Of a stretch of DNA of 64,000 bases, positions 13,150-23,315 are shown piece by piece (positions within the stretch are counted from its first letter, which is position 1; each line of letters starts with the position of its first letter). Source of the stretch: an uncultured Acidobacteriaceae bacterium. Its GTDB lineage: Bacteria; Acidobacteriota; Terriglobia; Terriglobales; Acidobacteriaceae. The translations under genes were made by a program, and so were the position numbers. The notes under the pieces were generated by a model. That model saw nothing but the letters and a program-made list of their open reading frames with translations, did no database searches and had not been told where the DNA came from. The stretch spans positions 227,244 to 291,243 of the forward strand of contig CAVSNM010000001.1 of assembly GCA_963729355.1 (NCBI GenBank), written 5' to 3'.

Positions 13150-13480
13150 ATGTAGAGCCGTTATCCGACGATCAAATGCATTTGCAGCTCTGGAAGCGCA
13201 CACCATGCACAGGGATAAACCGGGGTTGCTGCTGAAAGACGTGCGGGAAGGAAGAACCTCAGGAAGGGGAAAAACGGAAGTGTTATCTTGCGGAAAGGAT
13301 TCGGGGGCAGGTTTAGCGGCGGTTTAACAGTTCAGTACGTCGCTGCTTAAAGGGAATTCTAATTTCTTCCATATTATGCCTCTGACTTTGCGGAGTTAAC
13401 GAATAGACGAGCTGTCCATCCTGCTCGCTTGCGTAAGCGACTCGGGCTCGCTGTTCCCTTCACCCTCAATCTTCCAACCA
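13150..13480 (+). repeat. Dispersed repeat family, copy C (spans the kinase upstream region and the true 3' end of the gene 13396-14721)
   Basis: Collinear by eye with copy B over its whole length and with copy A over the left two thirds. Confidence 0.75.
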
Positions 13481-14721
13481 TCGCCCCGCGGAACGAGCTT
13501 CATTTCTCTGCGCTGCCTCCACCACCTATTCACTTCCGATGAGGTTGGAATCCACACATTCTTTTCGTCCCGTAGTGTGGACAGATAGGCCAGCAATTCC
13601 TCATAGATACTCTGCTCGCGGGCGCCACTGATGTAATCCGGATGGATAATAAAACTCATCAGCCCATGTTTTTCCATGATCAACTCGGTTTGTTGCTTCC
13701 ACAAATCGATCGAATAGTCATTCAGGATGTGAAAAAGCGAATAGTCCTGGGTTGTGGTTACAGGCAATTCTAGAATGTCTCCGATGAAATATGGCATCAC
13801 CGTGCAGCATCCGCCGCGTTGGGGATCCAAATGCGCGACATTAGGCACCGACATGTCGTAAGAGAACTTTAGCGCGTCATACCACTGCTGATTTCTATAC
13901 AGGACTGCCGCCCGAAATCCTTCAGCGCCGAACTGCTTTCGATAAACGTCTATTTTGGCTGCGCGTTCGAGGAATTCCCTATGGCTTCTAAACAACTGGC
14001 CGTCATGATTCAAATCTTGAACATTAATCTCAAATCCGCGATCCCGAATTGAACTAAGAAGACTTTCGGAAACTTCGTAGCGCTTCTCCGGCACGATCTG
14101 GAAGGACGCGCGGATCTTAAATGAGTCATTTATGTCCATCAAAGACGAACACCCGTCTCTTCCTGACGCTGTTTCCACGTCATGAGTCATGATTGCGCAA
14201 CTGGATGCGCCATCCGGCCAAAACCAAATGAAGGGAATTTCGCGGGTCTCGCCGGCGCGCAATGTTTGAGCCAGAACCTTCTCGAACAAAGTGTCTACAG
14301 TGCGATCGACAGGCCAGTGGGGGAAGCGCAAATCGCGCCATCCGTTTAACCCGGCTTTTTGGAGATGCTTGCGCACTTTAATCGGCAAAATCGGGCGAAT
14401 GAAATAATAAATCCTCGCAAGAGCGGGATTGCTAAATGAACCTCCGGGTATATCGTCGGCATAGAGTTCGTAACGTAGATTGTCGACAACTTCTGCTAGA
14501 TCAAACGGCAGAAACGTTGTTCCAGATTCTACGAAAGTTTTTTTCAGGGCATCGAACAGGACTCCCTTGGGCGAGTTGGAGACAACGCCCGCGCACCTGC
14601 CATAACAGATCAAATCCTTTCCGAAGCGGAAAAAACCCTTGGCCCGAGAAGGATTTTCTTTCTGGGCGATTCGCACTAAATTCTCGGGATACCGATAGTA
14701 TTCTGCTAAGGAGCGATCCAT
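13396..14721 (-). CDS. Polysaccharide-deacetylase-fold (CE4-like) protein, first gene-end of the EPS locus
   Basis: Central IWFWPDGASSCAIMTHDVETASG.. resembles the metal-binding start of deacetylase-fold EPS proteins. The listed ORF start (14916) would overlap the upstream gene by 116 nt, so the Met at 14721 (MDRSLAEYY) is preferred. Function is low confidence. Confidence 0.45.
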   Translation of the reverse strand: MDRSLAEYYRYPENLVRIAQKENPSRAKGFFRFGKDLICYGRCAGVVSNSPKGVLFDALKKTFVESGTTFLPFDLAEVVDNLRYELYADDIPGGSFSNPALARIYYFIRPILPIKVRKHLQKAGLNGWRDLRFPHWPVDRTVDTLFEKVLAQTLRAGETREIPFIWFWPDGASSCAIMTHDVETASGRDGCSSLMDINDSFKIRASFQIVPEKRYEVSESLLSSIRDRGFEINVQDLNHDGQLFRSHREFLERAAKIDVYRKQFGAEGFRAAVLYRNQQWYDALKFSYDMSVPNVAHLDPQRGGCCTVMPYFIGDILELPVTTTQDYSLFHILNDYSIDLWKQQTELIMEKHGLMSFIIHPDYISGAREQSIYEELLAYLSTLRDEKNVWIPTSSEVNRWWRQRREMKLVPRGDGWKIEGEGNSEPESLTQASRMDSSSIR

Positions 14722-14800
14722 TTCGTTTGTGGGAATTTCGGGAGCTACTCGGGACGATTTCAAAACTGCCACGCCAGCATTGCTCAAACGGGGCAACTCA

Positions 14801-15865
14801 TTAACCGAAGTGGCGGTACAGAAGGTTCCCCGCCGCGGCCAATGAAGAATCCGGGGCGACTGAGACAAGTTGCCTGGCAAGTCGCGTTTTCCATCCTGGC
14901 TCGCCCGCCGAATCATTTTTTGGAAACCTCCGGTAATGCATCACCGATCGTGCCGCGCCCAACCGGTCTTTAAAGATGGCTAGTCCTTCGTTGTTAATGT
15001 CGCTACGGCCCAAATCCAGTTCATCAAACCCACTGTTCTTGGCATCCTCGATAGCTTTCCACATCAAGAAGGCCATTCCGCCGTACTTATTCAAGTTTTC
15101 ATCGCTGCAGCCATACTTGTACGTCATCGTCCTTCCGAACGAGATGGTTAGGATGCTCGAAACCGCCACTTGGTTCTTCGACGCAACCCGAATTTTTAAG
15201 GTGTTGCCGAAGCTTTCCGCCAGGCTCCTAAACCAAGCCAGTGGCTGAGGCGGAAGCCCTTGCCGCCGCCGGGTCAACAAAAGAAGATGGTAGAACTTCC
15301 TGAGAAGCTCTTCTGATCTTCCTTCCTCGTACTGAAGGCCTTCTCGCTCGGCGCGGCGAATCTTTCTTTGAATGCAATTTTTATGAAAGCCGTGAAATAA
15401 CTCTACAGAGCTCTTCCCTTCCAGGTTCAAGCGATGAAAAAAATATGCCGCAGTCTTTCCCATACCGGTTTCAATACCCGGCTCGAAAAACACCGGCCTG
15501 ACTTCGGCGTACTTCCACGTATTTTGGTCCACCCTGTGCTGCATTTCCATTAGTAGACAACTGAGTTCGTCGGCGCTATCGACCAGGGGTTCGCAATGGT
15601 CAGAAAACGGTAAAGAGACCAAACGGTCTCCCGTGAGCCAGCTCCGTACCCGGCAGAATACAAGTCCATTCGTGAGCTCTGTGTCGGGAGAGCAGGTGGT
15701 GACAACAAATGGTTCGTAGTCGTAGGTACGGCGCAATGCGTTCAGCCAATGTGAAGAATGGAAAACTGAAGCGCGCGGATGCCTACTTACCAGCCCTTCC
15801 CACCGCGGATCCAACATCGGATCCAATTCATATACCTGCAGCAGCGCGGTCTCTGTAGCGAGCAC
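14801..15865 (-). CDS. FemAB-related / GNAT-fold acyl(aminoacyl)transferase, PEP-CTERM-locus type
   Basis: 354 aa. W..L......ASVFHS..WL.....Y.YEP...........NGL.F.......G.RLVSLPFSDH.EPL at the N-terminus. ...KYGCSD......YGG...LMWKAIEDAK..G....DLGRSD...EGL..FK at the C-terminus, as in FemAB-family proteins of exosortase-associated EPS loci. Confidence 0.65.
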   Translation of the reverse strand: MLATETALLQVYELDPMLDPRWEGLVSRHPRASVFHSSHWLNALRRTYDYEPFVVTTCSPDTELTNGLVFCRVRSWLTGDRLVSLPFSDHCEPLVDSADELSCLLMEMQHRVDQNTWKYAEVRPVFFEPGIETGMGKTAAYFFHRLNLEGKSSVELFHGFHKNCIQRKIRRAEREGLQYEEGRSEELLRKFYHLLLLTRRRQGLPPQPLAWFRSLAESFGNTLKIRVASKNQVAVSSILTISFGRTMTYKYGCSDENLNKYGGMAFLMWKAIEDAKNSGFDELDLGRSDINNEGLAIFKDRLGAARSVMHYRRFPKNDSAGEPGWKTRLARQLVSVAPDSSLAAAGNLLYRHFG

Positions 15866-17127
15866 TAGGTCTTCCCCACTGTTTCCGGTGTTTCGGCAGA
15901 AACGTTAAGCGGCTCCACCGGGTACCCGCTTAGTCGGGAATAGGCTTCCAACAAGGCTGCCCTCGACTGATTCCATGAGATCAGGTTCTCGGAGCGATCC
16001 AGACCTATCTGGCCCATCCGCTTGCGGCGCGCCGGATCGTCTATCAGTTCGAGGATAGCCTCGGCAAAAACCTTAGGGTCTTCCCTTTCCACGTATAGAG
16101 CGGCATCCCCGGCCGAACGGCGCGACTCCAGTAGATCGAATGAAACGATCGGTTGTTGGAAGGCCAAGTACTCTAGAATCTTCGTCATAGTAGACAGCTG
16201 GTTCATGCGATCCGGTGGATCGGGCGCAAGGCACACATCCGCAGTAGACAAATATTCAAACAAACTCTCATCCGAAATGCGCCCCGTAAAGTGAACAACG
16301 TCGTCCACGTGCAGGTCGCGAGCCAGTTCTTGCAATTTGTTCCAGGATTCGCCGGTTCCGACCATCAAGAACAAAACATCCTTTCGGCCGAATGTATGGA
16401 CAACGTGCTGCGCGGCCTGAATGACCCGGTCAACTCCGTCCTGCTTTCCCATGACTCCAAGGTACAAAGCCATGTAAGCAAAATTTCGCTTCAGCTCTGG
16501 ACGCGGAGCGACGCGGTGAAAATAAGTTGTGTCGACCCCGTTTCTAACGATCGCCAGGCGTTGATCCGGCAGTCTGCCGCGTTCCTTTGCAATGTCGAGA
16601 TAAGACTGGTTCGTGGCTAAAGCCAGATCTGCGGAGCGATAGGAGTTCTTTTCGAATAACAGCAGCATCCGGTAAAGCCAGTCGCGCCTTTCAAATTTTG
16701 ACTCATACAGCTCCGGGCACACGTCGTGTTGGTCGTAGACAAATTTCTTTCCCAGCAATTTGTACGGCCACGCCAGGAGAAAAAACATGTCTGGCGGATT
16801 CGCGGAATGGATGATGTCAAAGCCGTCACGAATTAAGACCACTAAAGACAAGAACGCCGCGCAAAGAAATCCCCAGGAATACTCAAACAAATATCCCAAG
16901 CCGCCGCTTGCTTGGTATCCCATTGGATAGCGATAAACCTTTACGCCCCGGTATATTTCGAAACTGCTCCGATCCTGCTTTTCGCCCTTGGGACATATGA
17001 CACGAACCTCATACCCGGCCTGCTGCAAGGCGGTCGCGAGATGCCGCATCCGGCGATCCCACGGGAACGACAGGTTCTCGATCAACATCAAGACCTTGCA
17101 AGGCTTCGAGTTTTGTGCGGAGGTCAT
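15865..17127 (-). CDS. Glycosyltransferase family 4
   Basis: Two-Rossmann GT-B layout. The N-terminus reads KVLMLIENLSFPWDRRM.. and the C-terminal half reads ..FTGRISDESL.EYLSTADVCLAPD... typical of GT4. One-nt overlap with the downstream gene. Confidence 0.75.
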   Translation of the reverse strand: MTSAQNSKPCKVLMLIENLSFPWDRRMRHLATALQQAGYEVRVICPKGEKQDRSSFEIYRGVKVYRYPMGYQASGGLGYLFEYSWGFLCAAFLSLVVLIRDGFDIIHSANPPDMFFLLAWPYKLLGKKFVYDQHDVCPELYESKFERRDWLYRMLLLFEKNSYRSADLALATNQSYLDIAKERGRLPDQRLAIVRNGVDTTYFHRVAPRPELKRNFAYMALYLGVMGKQDGVDRVIQAAQHVVHTFGRKDVLFLMVGTGESWNKLQELARDLHVDDVVHFTGRISDESLFEYLSTADVCLAPDPPDRMNQLSTMTKILEYLAFQQPIVSFDLLESRRSAGDAALYVEREDPKVFAEAILELIDDPARRKRMGQIGLDRSENLISWNQSRAALLEAYSRLSGYPVEPLNVSAETPETVGKT

Positions 17128-17198
17128 TGCGACACACTCCTACGCTCTGCTCGACTGCTCATTCTTGCCCCAGACTGGAAATTGGAGCAGATTCCGTT

Positions 17199-18986
17199 TC
17201 ATGCTGCATCTGACACCTTAGTCCTTCGGCCTCTGGCTTTTCGCGCGTACTCATACAGCCAAGGTACCCTCGCTTGCGATTCATCGCGAAACTCACAGAT
17301 GTACCTCCGCGCAGCCACCTTTATTTTCCCCTTCAAACGGCGGGTCGGTTGCCAAGCCCCATAAATGTCTTTGAAGACCACACTGGCTTTAGCGCTAGCA
17401 CTCCCGCCTAAATCGAACTCGAATCGCAACAACCCGCGGTCGGATATAAACGGGACTTGCTGAGCAGCAACTGCCACTCGATCAACCCCTCCGGGATCGT
17501 TTTCTACTTTCTCCACGACAATGTGCCGGGATGCCCTACCGGGGTTATGAACGATGATTTCGTTCCCAAACATTCTGATCTGCTCATCGCCGTCTTTCCG
17601 TAAGCGTTGCTGATATGACCTCCGAATCACCTCGCCGAGCGAGCGCCACTTTAACGAACATCTAAGAGAATTGAGTCGGTCAATAAAATCCATCAGTTCT
17701 CGCCCATCATTTCGAAAATCAGCGTGATGGGTAACGATAAGGCAGGGCTTGCCTAATAAAACATCGAATGCAAAATTGCACAATCCGTGAAACATGTAGC
17801 GCCGAGTATAAATAGCGAAATCGCCGTACTTCAGAATCGCCACCCGCCATGTCTCAGCAATCTCGGTCTTGGCGGGCTGATCCGTCGGTGAAACTTCGGT
17901 ATTGACGGCGGCGATAAAATCGTTGTGCTTCAGTACCATCGGTGAGGCAGCTGAAAAAGCCCCCTGGGGGAAGATCATCAGTGGTTCATGCATCAGCCCA
18001 GTTCGGCGTTGATGTTTTCTCATCCGAGAGTTAGCTAGCTTTGCTTGTCCATTGATCGAATCAGTACTTTCGGCGCTAAATTCCGCCGCTGTGTGGTCAC
18101 ACCCGTGGATGCTCAGCGATAAGCGATCGGCGTGCAGCTTGAACAGATCGACGACCGATGATCGCGATCTTTTCCAATTCCAAGGTATGAAAGCGAAATT
18201 GCACGTGAAGTTATGTTCCGCTCCTAACGCTACAATTCTTTCGAAATCGACAAAACCATAGTGAGGCCTGAGTGCAGGATCGTCCACTATGAGGCATGCT
18301 CCGTTTTCCGCCGCAGCAAACATCACACCGGAAAACGCGTGCCGCAAATACATCACCAGCGGAACCGCCGAGAGAAAATAATCTGCCACGTCAAAGTAAC
18401 CCTTTCCCACGGGGCGGGTGAGATCAATGACGGTCGGGCAAGGGGCCAAGTAACACGGACACCCTTGGACATCGACGGCGAAGAAAACGGAGCCCTCCGG
18501 GGTAGAGATAAGGGAATCGATATGAGCCACAGAAGAACTGGGGCTCATCGCCAACTGCGTGTCACGGACGGGAACGAGCACTTCGAGACCGCTCAGAGGG
18601 CCGCACATAGTGGTTGACTGAGCTGACACCGAACAAAGGATCTCTTTCCCTTGTATTTGAACAACGTTTGCGGTGTCAGAGTGAGTCACAAACCGAATTA
18701 GTGCTTCAGTTGCTGCGGATTGATCACCCCCAAAAAGAAAAATCGATTCGGCACTCTGCAGCAGGGGCGGCAAGGCCACACCAAAGGTCCGGTCCGTCAA
18801 TGCCCTGCCAATCAAAGGCATGGGAGCGAGTACGCAATACCCGTCCGCGGGATGTGACGACGACACGTCCCCTATGGATCGGGCGCTTACTTGTTCCCAG
18901 GGGATTTCGAAGAACTCCAAAACCTTAGCGACCTGGGCCGCCGGTCCCTCAAGGTCGTCGGCTACTAAAATTGCCTTTTGGGCCAT
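17199..18986 (-). CDS. Large uncharacterised cytoplasmic protein with a deacetylase-fold (DUF2334-like) core
   Basis: 595 aa. The central ACLIVDDPALRPHYGFVDFERI.......NFAFIPWNW........V.L.....DRLSLSIHGCDHTAAEF resembles DUF2334/polysaccharide-deacetylase-like families. Both flanking regions have no motif I recognise. Confidence 0.35.
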   Translation of the reverse strand: MAQKAILVADDLEGPAAQVAKVLEFFEIPWEQVSARSIGDVSSSHPADGYCVLAPMPLIGRALTDRTFGVALPPLLQSAESIFLFGGDQSAATEALIRFVTHSDTANVVQIQGKEILCSVSAQSTTMCGPLSGLEVLVPVRDTQLAMSPSSSVAHIDSLISTPEGSVFFAVDVQGCPCYLAPCPTVIDLTRPVGKGYFDVADYFLSAVPLVMYLRHAFSGVMFAAAENGACLIVDDPALRPHYGFVDFERIVALGAEHNFTCNFAFIPWNWKRSRSSVVDLFKLHADRLSLSIHGCDHTAAEFSAESTDSINGQAKLANSRMRKHQRRTGLMHEPLMIFPQGAFSAASPMVLKHNDFIAAVNTEVSPTDQPAKTEIAETWRVAILKYGDFAIYTRRYMFHGLCNFAFDVLLGKPCLIVTHHADFRNDGRELMDFIDRLNSLRCSLKWRSLGEVIRRSYQQRLRKDGDEQIRMFGNEIIVHNPGRASRHIVVEKVENDPGGVDRVAVAAQQVPFISDRGLLRFEFDLGGSASAKASVVFKDIYGAWQPTRRLKGKIKVAARRYICEFRDESQARVPWLYEYARKARGRRTKVSDAA

Positions 18987-19022
18987 CTAAATCACAATCC
19001 CTTTTTAGCGAATCATCGGGAC

Positions 19023-19838
19023 CTAAGAAGTCTTCTTTGCGATAACAACCGATCTCATGGCAAACCGCGGTACAGCCAAGTTCAGGACTGGCGCGACCGC
19101 ACGGCAAATCCCTAGAAGCGTAGAACCTGCGGAATGGGGGATCCAGCAAAAATTCCTCTTTTCCAGGATTTGGAAACCGGCCGACGTGAATGGCGCAGCA
19201 TACTCGTCAAGCGTCGGCAGATACCATTCACTCTTTGGCCTGGTTAGGCGATCACGGACCAGGGTGCGGAACATTGGGAACTTTCGGTTCATGTCAATCA
19301 TTACGCACACTCCGCCTGGTTTCAGCAGGTCGTAAATCTGTTTTGCACACTCATCTCCTTTGCCCAAACGATAGCAATAGCGAAATGTGTTAACTCCAAT
19401 AATCAAGTGGAAGGAACTGACTATTTCTTGCTCTGCGATGCCAAGACCTGCCTTCATGTCACTGATCAGGCACTCGCTTCTCGCGACGAGGAACTTGACC
19501 CGCTCCCTTAGTTGGGAATCCACTGAAAACGCCTCGTTCCGAGCTTCCGTAATCAGCCGTTCGGAGAAGTCGGTGCCATAAGCCGCCGCTACAGGAATCC
19601 CCTCACGCTTGAGAATGTCCAGGCAATGGATGAGGTTCATGCCGGCACCGCAACCGAATTCGAGCAACTGAATTCCGTCGCCAATCGGAGCTGAAACGTA
19701 CTCGCGTATCGCTTTTAAGTAGATATCGCCATAATCATGCTCCAAAAGGTAGTTAATTCCGGTACCAGCGGTCTTCTTTGAGTATTTTCGTACTGCGTTT
19801 TCTGAGCTGTACTCAGCCAAAAATGATTCGTTGCTCAT
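19023..19838 (-). CDS. Class I SAM-dependent methyltransferase
   Basis: Motif I LLEFGCGAGMN, followed by an acidic loop (YGTDFS) and motif II-like GVCVMIDMN. Confidence 0.75.
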   Translation of the reverse strand: MSNESFLAEYSSENAVRKYSKKTAGTGINYLLEHDYGDIYLKAIREYVSAPIGDGIQLLEFGCGAGMNLIHCLDILKREGIPVAAAYGTDFSERLITEARNEAFSVDSQLRERVKFLVARSECLISDMKAGLGIAEQEIVSSFHLIIGVNTFRYCYRLGKGDECAKQIYDLLKPGGVCVMIDMNRKFPMFRTLVRDRLTRPKSEWYLPTLDEYAAPFTSAGFQILEKRNFCWIPHSAGSTLLGICRAVAPVLNLAVPRFAMRSVVIAKKTS

Positions 19839-19961
19839 GATCGTTTATCTCTCCTAAATGTAAGCGCAACTTCATCTATCGTTTGAATGGGTTGAAAGTG
19901 TGATTGTCCCGCCGGACGCCCGATACTGGCTCATCCGAAGGGGGAGTTTCGACTACTTCCG

Positions 19962-21176
19962 CTAGAGCAATCTGTAAAGCCCTGCGAGCGCGCTGAGCAT
20001 CGTGGCTTGCCCCCAGTGGAGGGTTGGGGTCTTATTCACCAGCAATCTGCTATAGCGTCTGTAATAGAAGTACCCGGTGCGATCCTGCATATGCTTAATC
20101 GTCCACTGCGCGACTTTGGTAGCCAGCGGTAGACTCTCGGGATCCCGATCGCTGAAGAAAACCAACGTGTCTATAGCCTGAGAGCAACACTGGATGTCTA
20201 GGGGAAGGGTTTTGTAGTCGTAATATCGCGGTGTACCGTCCGGCAGGAAGAACGTACGCTTCCAGTACTCGTACCCACTGTTTAGTTTTTCGCTAAATCG
20301 GTCATCGCCCGTACTGTCCGCGTAATACTTGAAGCAGTCCAGCACATATCCGGTGTGAAAGTTATCAACCCAATGCAAATTAGCTTTTTCGCCGTAATAC
20401 CAGGACGAATCAGACCTTTGATACTGTGCCGTATACAAAATTGACTTCTGCGCCAGCTCACGGTAAGCCTCATTCCGGGTATGAGAGTAGGTGCGCGCCA
20501 GCAGACTTCCGCCCAGGGTGTTCGCGTTGTGTACCTGGAGGCTCTGGCCTGGGAAGTAGCTTATGCAGAGTGCATCTCGATCTGCGAAGGTGCTCAAGTC
20601 GTGCAAAATGTGTTCACATGCGCTTTCGGCAATCTGCAAATAGCGCTCTTCCCGGAAGTGATCATAAGCGTCCAGAAACGCCTGACCGATAAGGGACGTC
20701 CACACCACCGACGGCACACCCTTATTTACATAAGAGTTGCGGGACTGATAATCGAAGTGGTTTCCCCAGCACGCTCCGCTGTAACCCGGAGATTGATTTT
20801 CAATGAGCCATTGCAGGGCAAACTCCGCCTTTTCCCTCCATGAAGGTTCGCCGGTAGATCGATGGAGGCGAACAAAACCTCGCGCAAAGTAACCCATCGC
20901 CTTGGTGGAATGGCTTTTCGATACCCCCAAAATTGGCCGCAGATTTAGCGGAAACCGCCGCACCCCCTGCTGCAGGACCATCCGAAGAATATTGCTTTCG
21001 AAGGTTAGCGGACGCACGAACTTGGCATTTAAACCGTCGAAAGTATCGTATCCGCGATAGTCGTTCTTCTCGACCCAGCCGTACAATTTCTCAATCGATT
21101 CATAAATTTCAGCCTTCAAAGTGCTGCCGCCCTGGAAACCGATCTTCTCACCGGCCGGTGCTGTCATCGTTGCCAT
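19962..21176 (-). CDS. Uncharacterised protein, probably (alpha/alpha)6-toroid fold (epimerase/hydrolase-like)
   Basis: 404 aa with repeated helical-hairpin signatures: WGNHFDYQSR, VWTSLIGQAFLDAY, VHNANTLGGSLLAR, WYYGE....HWVDNFHTGYVLDC, HWGQATMLSALA. No catalytic assignment is possible by eye. Confidence 0.3.
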   Translation of the reverse strand: MATMTAPAGEKIGFQGGSTLKAEIYESIEKLYGWVEKNDYRGYDTFDGLNAKFVRPLTFESNILRMVLQQGVRRFPLNLRPILGVSKSHSTKAMGYFARGFVRLHRSTGEPSWREKAEFALQWLIENQSPGYSGACWGNHFDYQSRNSYVNKGVPSVVWTSLIGQAFLDAYDHFREERYLQIAESACEHILHDLSTFADRDALCISYFPGQSLQVHNANTLGGSLLARTYSHTRNEAYRELAQKSILYTAQYQRSDSSWYYGEKANLHWVDNFHTGYVLDCFKYYADSTGDDRFSEKLNSGYEYWKRTFFLPDGTPRYYDYKTLPLDIQCCSQAIDTLVFFSDRDPESLPLATKVAQWTIKHMQDRTGYFYYRRYSRLLVNKTPTLHWGQATMLSALAGLYRLL

Positions 21177-21243
21177 TCCTTACTCTCCTGAATTTCTATG
21201 AATTACGCACATCAAAAGGCGGCCAAACGCCGCGATTGAGATC

Positions 21244-22071
21244 TTACAAAGACGTTGTGCTGCAGTCCCGATTCGCGATGTGATGCCGCGTCTTGCCAAG
21301 CCGAATGCTTTGCTTTACGAGTTTTTTTGTCTCCCAAAGCTCCCAGTATTGAGCGAGCTTCCTCCGCACAAATCCGCTCTTGGTTCGCCAGGCGCCATCC
21401 ATCAAGTGAATGCCAAGATCACCGAAGCAATTCCATTTTCGAAGGTCGGAGACATCATCTGGAAAGAGGACCGTAACCGTCTTAGCCAGCTCTTTATTCT
21501 CTGCCAGGGTTCGCGAGATCAAGCCTGGCCCAGTCGTGTTTAAAACCGTGTATTCAGATCTGAACAGCGGCGGGGCGCCGCGCATCATCGGCTTAACCCA
21601 CCCGGGATCCTTCTGGGCGCGGACACAATTCTCAATTACCGCCTTGAGAAAAGGATGGCCCACTGCAGCCCCAAACGCGTAGTTGCCAATTTCCCAATCC
21701 ATCTGGTGATGGTTGCGCAGAAAATGGCTAAAGGTGAGCCCTTCAAATGGGAAGACACACCCGGAATCCAAAAGATCGGAGAGACCTGAGACCAGCAAAA
21801 CGTCCAAATCGAAATAGAATCCGCCGTAGCGATAAACCGCCAGATACCTGAAAAAGTCATACCGCTGAATAGGAAATGGGAATGAATCAAAGACCGCGCG
21901 ATATTGAGGAAATTCGCGATCAATAAATTCTTCGACTCCGCGATCGTCAAAAAAAAGATATTCGAAGTCAGGATTCAATAGTCTTATATTCGCCATTACA
22001 GCACGGTTGTACAACGGCTGTTCCAGTTGTTTACCGGTCTGGATAATTAGCTTTGGGATTAGGTCGTGCAT
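21244..22071 (-). CDS. Glycosyltransferase family 32-like (DXD sugar-binding region type)
   Basis: IPK.I.QTGK...., EYLFFDD (DXD) and RYDFFRYLAVYRYGGFYFDLDV are hallmarks of the Gly_transf_sug/GT32 family. Confidence 0.7.
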   Translation of the reverse strand: MHDLIPKLIIQTGKQLEQPLYNRAVMANIRLLNPDFEYLFFDDRGVEEFIDREFPQYRAVFDSFPFPIQRYDFFRYLAVYRYGGFYFDLDVLLVSGLSDLLDSGCVFPFEGLTFSHFLRNHHQMDWEIGNYAFGAAVGHPFLKAVIENCVRAQKDPGWVKPMMRGAPPLFRSEYTVLNTTGPGLISRTLAENKELAKTVTVLFPDDVSDLRKWNCFGDLGIHLMDGAWRTKSGFVRRKLAQYWELWETKKLVKQSIRLGKTRHHIANRDCSTTSL

Positions 22072-22114
22072 TACGTGTCAGATCTCCATATTGGCGCGAA
22101 ATACTTCGCGTTGG

Positions 22115-23260
22115 TTACACCGCCGCTGGCGCACCTTGCGAATCACGGGAAATATCGGAACGTAGCCTGGTTGATCTCGCGACATCGGGGTCTATTAGCC
22201 CGAGAGCGCGCATCATCAGTTTGAGAGGGCGTGCCGAGATAATCGGCCTGGTCATGAGAGCATGACCTAAGCTAAGTATGCTCCTTGCGAACTTCCTTTG
22301 ATGCCAATGCAGCCGCGCTTCCCAGAGGCGAAGATCGGCAATTTCCGGTCTCTCAACGAGTTTCAAGTTGGAAGAGCGCAACATTTCACTCATCAGATCA
22401 AGCGCGCCCGAGTATTCGCCGGCATCGTACATACTGTTGATACACGAGAGGCAAGCCCTCGCCACTGTCGTCTGTAGCCTGGTATCACTCACACCAAGCG
22501 CGGCGAGAACCTTTGGTGTAATTTCTCGCTCTGAGTCGAAGGGGTCTGGGTTTCCGTTTCTCCTTGACGACGCAGCCAAGCGGGCGGCAAGGTTGCTGAT
22601 CGCCTGTTCTCTCCACCGACTCACGGATACTTGGTTTGCATGGACCCGGTACTTGAGCAGCACCGCCTCAAGATTCGCAAATTGAAAACGGTCGGCGATT
22701 CTCAACCACAGGTCATAATCCTCGGCGTGGACCATAGTCATTCTGTACCCCCCCATGGAGGTGAGCGCCTCCTTTTGTATGAGAACGGAGGGATGCCAAA
22801 ACGGACAGTCGCCGCGATGGAGGGCTGACTTGATATCGCGATCCTTCAGCGGCTGGCGGCACCTTAGCAGTCCCTTGCCGGTGGCATCGATCGACTCGAC
22901 GGCCCCGCCAAGAACGCCAACCTCGGGATGGGCCTCCATAAAGTCTACTTGCCACATTAGGCGGTCCCTTACGGCGATGTCATCGGCATCCATCCGAGCG
23001 ATATACTTGCCCCGTGCGAGCGCGCAGCCTCGATTCAGGGACACGCTGAGTCCGCTGTTCTCCTGATGGTAAACGGCTACACGGCCATCACTCGCCTGAT
23101 AAGAATCAAGTATTTGCCCGGAGCTGTCCGTCGAGCCATCGTCAATGACAATGAACTCGAAATCGCCGAAGCTCTGCATAAGAATGCTAGAAACGGCTTC
23201 GCGCAAGTAGCGTTCGCCATTAAAGACGCTCATTACGACGGATATTGTGGGAGTGGTCAT
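22115..23260 (-). CDS. Glycosyltransferase family 2
   Basis: ISVVMSVFNGERYLREAVSSILMQSFGDFEFIVIDDGSTDSS and ..ARMDADD.. are canonical GT-A/GT2 motifs. Confidence 0.8.
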   Translation of the reverse strand: MTTPTISVVMSVFNGERYLREAVSSILMQSFGDFEFIVIDDGSTDSSGQILDSYQASDGRVAVYHQENSGLSVSLNRGCALARGKYIARMDADDIAVRDRLMWQVDFMEAHPEVGVLGGAVESIDATGKGLLRCRQPLKDRDIKSALHRGDCPFWHPSVLIQKEALTSMGGYRMTMVHAEDYDLWLRIADRFQFANLEAVLLKYRVHANQVSVSRWREQAISNLAARLAASSRRNGNPDPFDSEREITPKVLAALGVSDTRLQTTVARACLSCINSMYDAGEYSGALDLMSEMLRSSNLKLVERPEIADLRLWEARLHWHQRKFARSILSLGHALMTRPIISARPLKLMMRALGLIDPDVARSTRLRSDISRDSQGAPAAV

Positions 23261-23315
23261 CGTTCGACTGCCTTACCTGTGCGGAAGCGCCCTGCGCAAA
23301 CCGCCGGTTCGGAAA

